A model generated the notes under the pieces. It did not search any database, was not told the origin of the DNA, and worked only from the letters and a program-made list of their open reading frames with translations. 48,107 nt of DNA from a virus. The stretch lies in UHGV virus genome UHGV-0209651. One strand, 5' to 3'. Positions 46,166 through 48,107 of this stretch are shown in pieces; positions within the stretch are counted from its first letter, which is position 1; every line of letters starts with the position of its first letter. Both the position numbers and the translations under genes were made by a program.

Positions 46166-48104
46166 CGCCCTCCTGGTGACGCTGGGCCTTGATACTTCTC
46201 AGTTCCGCAAAGGCCAGCAGGAAGTCAGTGATGACCTGAAAAAGCAGCGCGAAGATGCCAAAAATACCGCCAAGGAAATGGCGGAGCAGGGCAAGAAAGC
46301 CGCTTCGTTCTTCAGCAGCATAAAGACGGAGCTGCTGGCACTGACTGGCGTAACCGTCACTGCCGGCGGCCTGATGAGCTTTGTGAAAAGCACTACCTCA
46401 GGGCTAATGGAGTTGTCCATTCAGGCTAAATCTTTGGGGATGACAGCCAAAGAGCTTGACGGCGTGGGCAAGGCGGCAGAGGCGGCCGGTAGTTCTGTCG
46501 AGAAAATAAGTGCAGCATTGCAGGGGTTTCAGAACGCAAAGCAACTGGCTAAGGTCGGGGTGTACGATACGCCAGTGCAGGAAGCTGCGATCCGGCTTAA
46601 TTCTCTGACCCATGATTCTTTCAATATCAGGGACGACTCAGCACAAACCACGTTCAGGAAAATACTGGAGTCGGCAAGGAAGGTTACCGATCCAGATATC
46701 CGCCGTCAGATTCTTCAGTTGGTTGGTATTGATGATGCTATCAATCAGCGTAACCAGGAAGGCAAATTCCTGACTGATGTTGATCGCCTGACCAAAAACT
46801 CCGGCATTACAGACGCCTCAACCAAAGGCGCAAAGGAATTTACAGCCGCATGGGCGGAGCTGGGGCAAAATCTCGACACGGTAAAAAACCAGATTTACGT
46901 GGGCTTGATACCAACCATTCGCGATCTGAATGGTCTCCTCATAGAGTGGTCGTCTGGTAACGCAAAATCCTCTTCATTCTTCAAAGAGCTGAAGCGGGAC
47001 ATTAACGACATTACTGGTATTGACCTTGGTAGCTGGACGCTATCAGGCGATCTGCGCAACCTCAAAGATAACTTTTCCATGCTCGGAAAAGTGCTAAACC
47101 ACCTGGGTAACGCTTTAAACGAGCTCAATAACGGCAACTTCTCCAAGGCTGCCGATGAGTTTAAAAAGGCGTGGTACGGCACTGAAGACGGAAAGCCTAC
47201 CGGTAATGATGCGCTGCCCGGAGTGACCAAGGCAGCCGAGCAGGCGCTGAAGAAAAACGGCGGCACACTGGATTTTAAACCTGATCAGGACTCTGCGTAT
47301 CTAAGTCCGCAGCAGCAGGCAACACAGAAAATGCTGGATGCAGTTAAGTTTCAGCCGCTTCCTGAACAGCGCAGACAGCAGCAGGATGAGAGAGACTACT
47401 GGGAAAGCACCAAAAATCTCCTTTCAAAAATCGCTGATGCCCTGATCTCTCCAGCGGGCGCGGCAACAATGCAGCCGGATACCTCTGGATACCAGCCAAA
47501 CGTCCCGCTTAATGCGCAGGCTGCTCGCCTTGGCGCTAAAGGAAAGGCATTTCTTCAGGCAATGGCTGGGGAATTCGGGGCGCTGGAAGGTAAATATGGA
47601 CTGCCTGCTGGATTGCTTTCTTCGTTATCAGCCGCTGAATCTGGTGGCGATCCCTACGCAGTATCACCCAAAGGAGCAAAAGGCCCATTCCAGTTTATGG
47701 ATGGAACTGCCAGAGACCTGGGTTTGAAGGGGATGGACGTTTATGACCCCCACAAGTCAGCTGATGCCGCTGCAAGATACCTGCGCTATCTGCTGGATGC
47801 TACCGGTGGCGATCTGGAAAAAACTCTTGCTTCCTATAACTGGGGGCTCGGAAACGTCCAGAAGAAAGGAATGGATAACCTGCCGTCGGAAACTCGCAAT
47901 TACGTCCCTAAAGTCATGGCCGGAATGCGCCCCGGCGCCGGGATGGCCGTAGACCGAGCGATGCCCGGGCAGTCCGGTGCGACTTATCAGTTTTATGGCA
48001 CCAAAATCACCACGCAGGCCCAGAACGTGGAACAGCTTACCAGCGACATTAAAAAGCACGGCGACAACCGTGTCATGCTTTTGGCTGGCTACTCAGGACA
48101 ATAA
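46146..48104 (+). CDS. tail tape measure protein with a C-terminal lytic-transglycosylase-like motif
   Basis: ATG at 46146 after GGAGAG. Long coiled-coil/Ala-rich body. The ...AESGGDPYAVSPKGAKGPFQFMDGTARDLGL...YNWG... segment is SLT-like. Stop at 48102-48104. Confidence 0.8.
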   Translation: MAATVIDALLVTLGLDTSQFRKGQQEVSDDLKKQREDAKNTAKEMAEQGKKAASFFSSIKTELLALTGVTVTAGGLMSFVKSTTSGLMELSIQAKSLGMTAKELDGVGKAAEAAGSSVEKISAALQGFQNAKQLAKVGVYDTPVQEAAIRLNSLTHDSFNIRDDSAQTTFRKILESARKVTDPDIRRQILQLVGIDDAINQRNQEGKFLTDVDRLTKNSGITDASTKGAKEFTAAWAELGQNLDTVKNQIYVGLIPTIRDLNGLLIEWSSGNAKSSSFFKELKRDINDITGIDLGSWTLSGDLRNLKDNFSMLGKVLNHLGNALNELNNGNFSKAADEFKKAWYGTEDGKPTGNDALPGVTKAAEQALKKNGGTLDFKPDQDSAYLSPQQQATQKMLDAVKFQPLPEQRRQQQDERDYWESTKNLLSKIADALISPAGAATMQPDTSGYQPNVPLNAQAARLGAKGKAFLQAMAGEFGALEGKYGLPAGLLSSLSAAESGGDPYAVSPKGAKGPFQFMDGTARDLGLKGMDVYDPHKSADAAARYLRYLLDATGGDLEKTLASYNWGLGNVQKKGMDNLPSETRNYVPKVMAGMRPGAGMAVDRAMPGQSGATYQFYGTKITTQAQNVEQLTSDIKKHGDNRVMLLAGYSGQ

Positions 48105-48107
48105 CTC

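Overview
The whole 48.1-kb window is phage DNA with no recognisable host genes. It reads as one temperate phage with lambda-type immunity and regulation and a contractile (Mu/myovirus-like) tail, circularly permuted. The tail-module start at base 1 follows directly on the tape-measure gene that ends at 48104, and an attP-like 3' fragment of tRNA-Arg(UCU) sits at 12731-12787 immediately next to int. Gene order is: baseplate and tail-fibre genes (1-6273); an IS66-family insertion with an 8-bp target duplication in the tail-fibre 3' end (6274-8727); an 877-aa depolymerase-like tailspike; an SOS-box-controlled gene; DinI-like; attP; int and xis; an early-left recombination operon (RecT-like, YqaJ exonuclease, Dam-like methyltransferase, TraR); an oL-like region; an AT-rich cargo block co-oriented with cI in the lambda rexAB position; cI, Cro-like, CII; O-like with iteron-like repeats and lambda P-like; a nin-type region (HNH, NinG/Rap, a moron); Q-like; two phage tRNAs (Asn-like, Arg-UCU); a phage-21-type lysis cassette (pinholin, SAR endolysin, Rz/Rz1); terS, terL, portal, head genes, sheath, tube, a Rha moron, chaperone and tape measure. 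Most notable: (i) the portal ORF carries a C-terminal 2H-phosphoesterase-like domain (HVTL...HLSI) behind an acidic linker; (ii) the 433-aa AT-rich gene co-oriented with cI has an N-terminal proteasome-beta/HslV-like Ntn-hydrolase signature, and a 40-aa membrane peptide flanked by a 29-bp direct repeat sits between it and cI; (iii) a near-consensus LexA box drives a 95-aa unknown gene that overlaps convergently a 34-aa hydrophobic peptide ORF. Functional calls rest on motif and synteny recognition from memory, not database searches.
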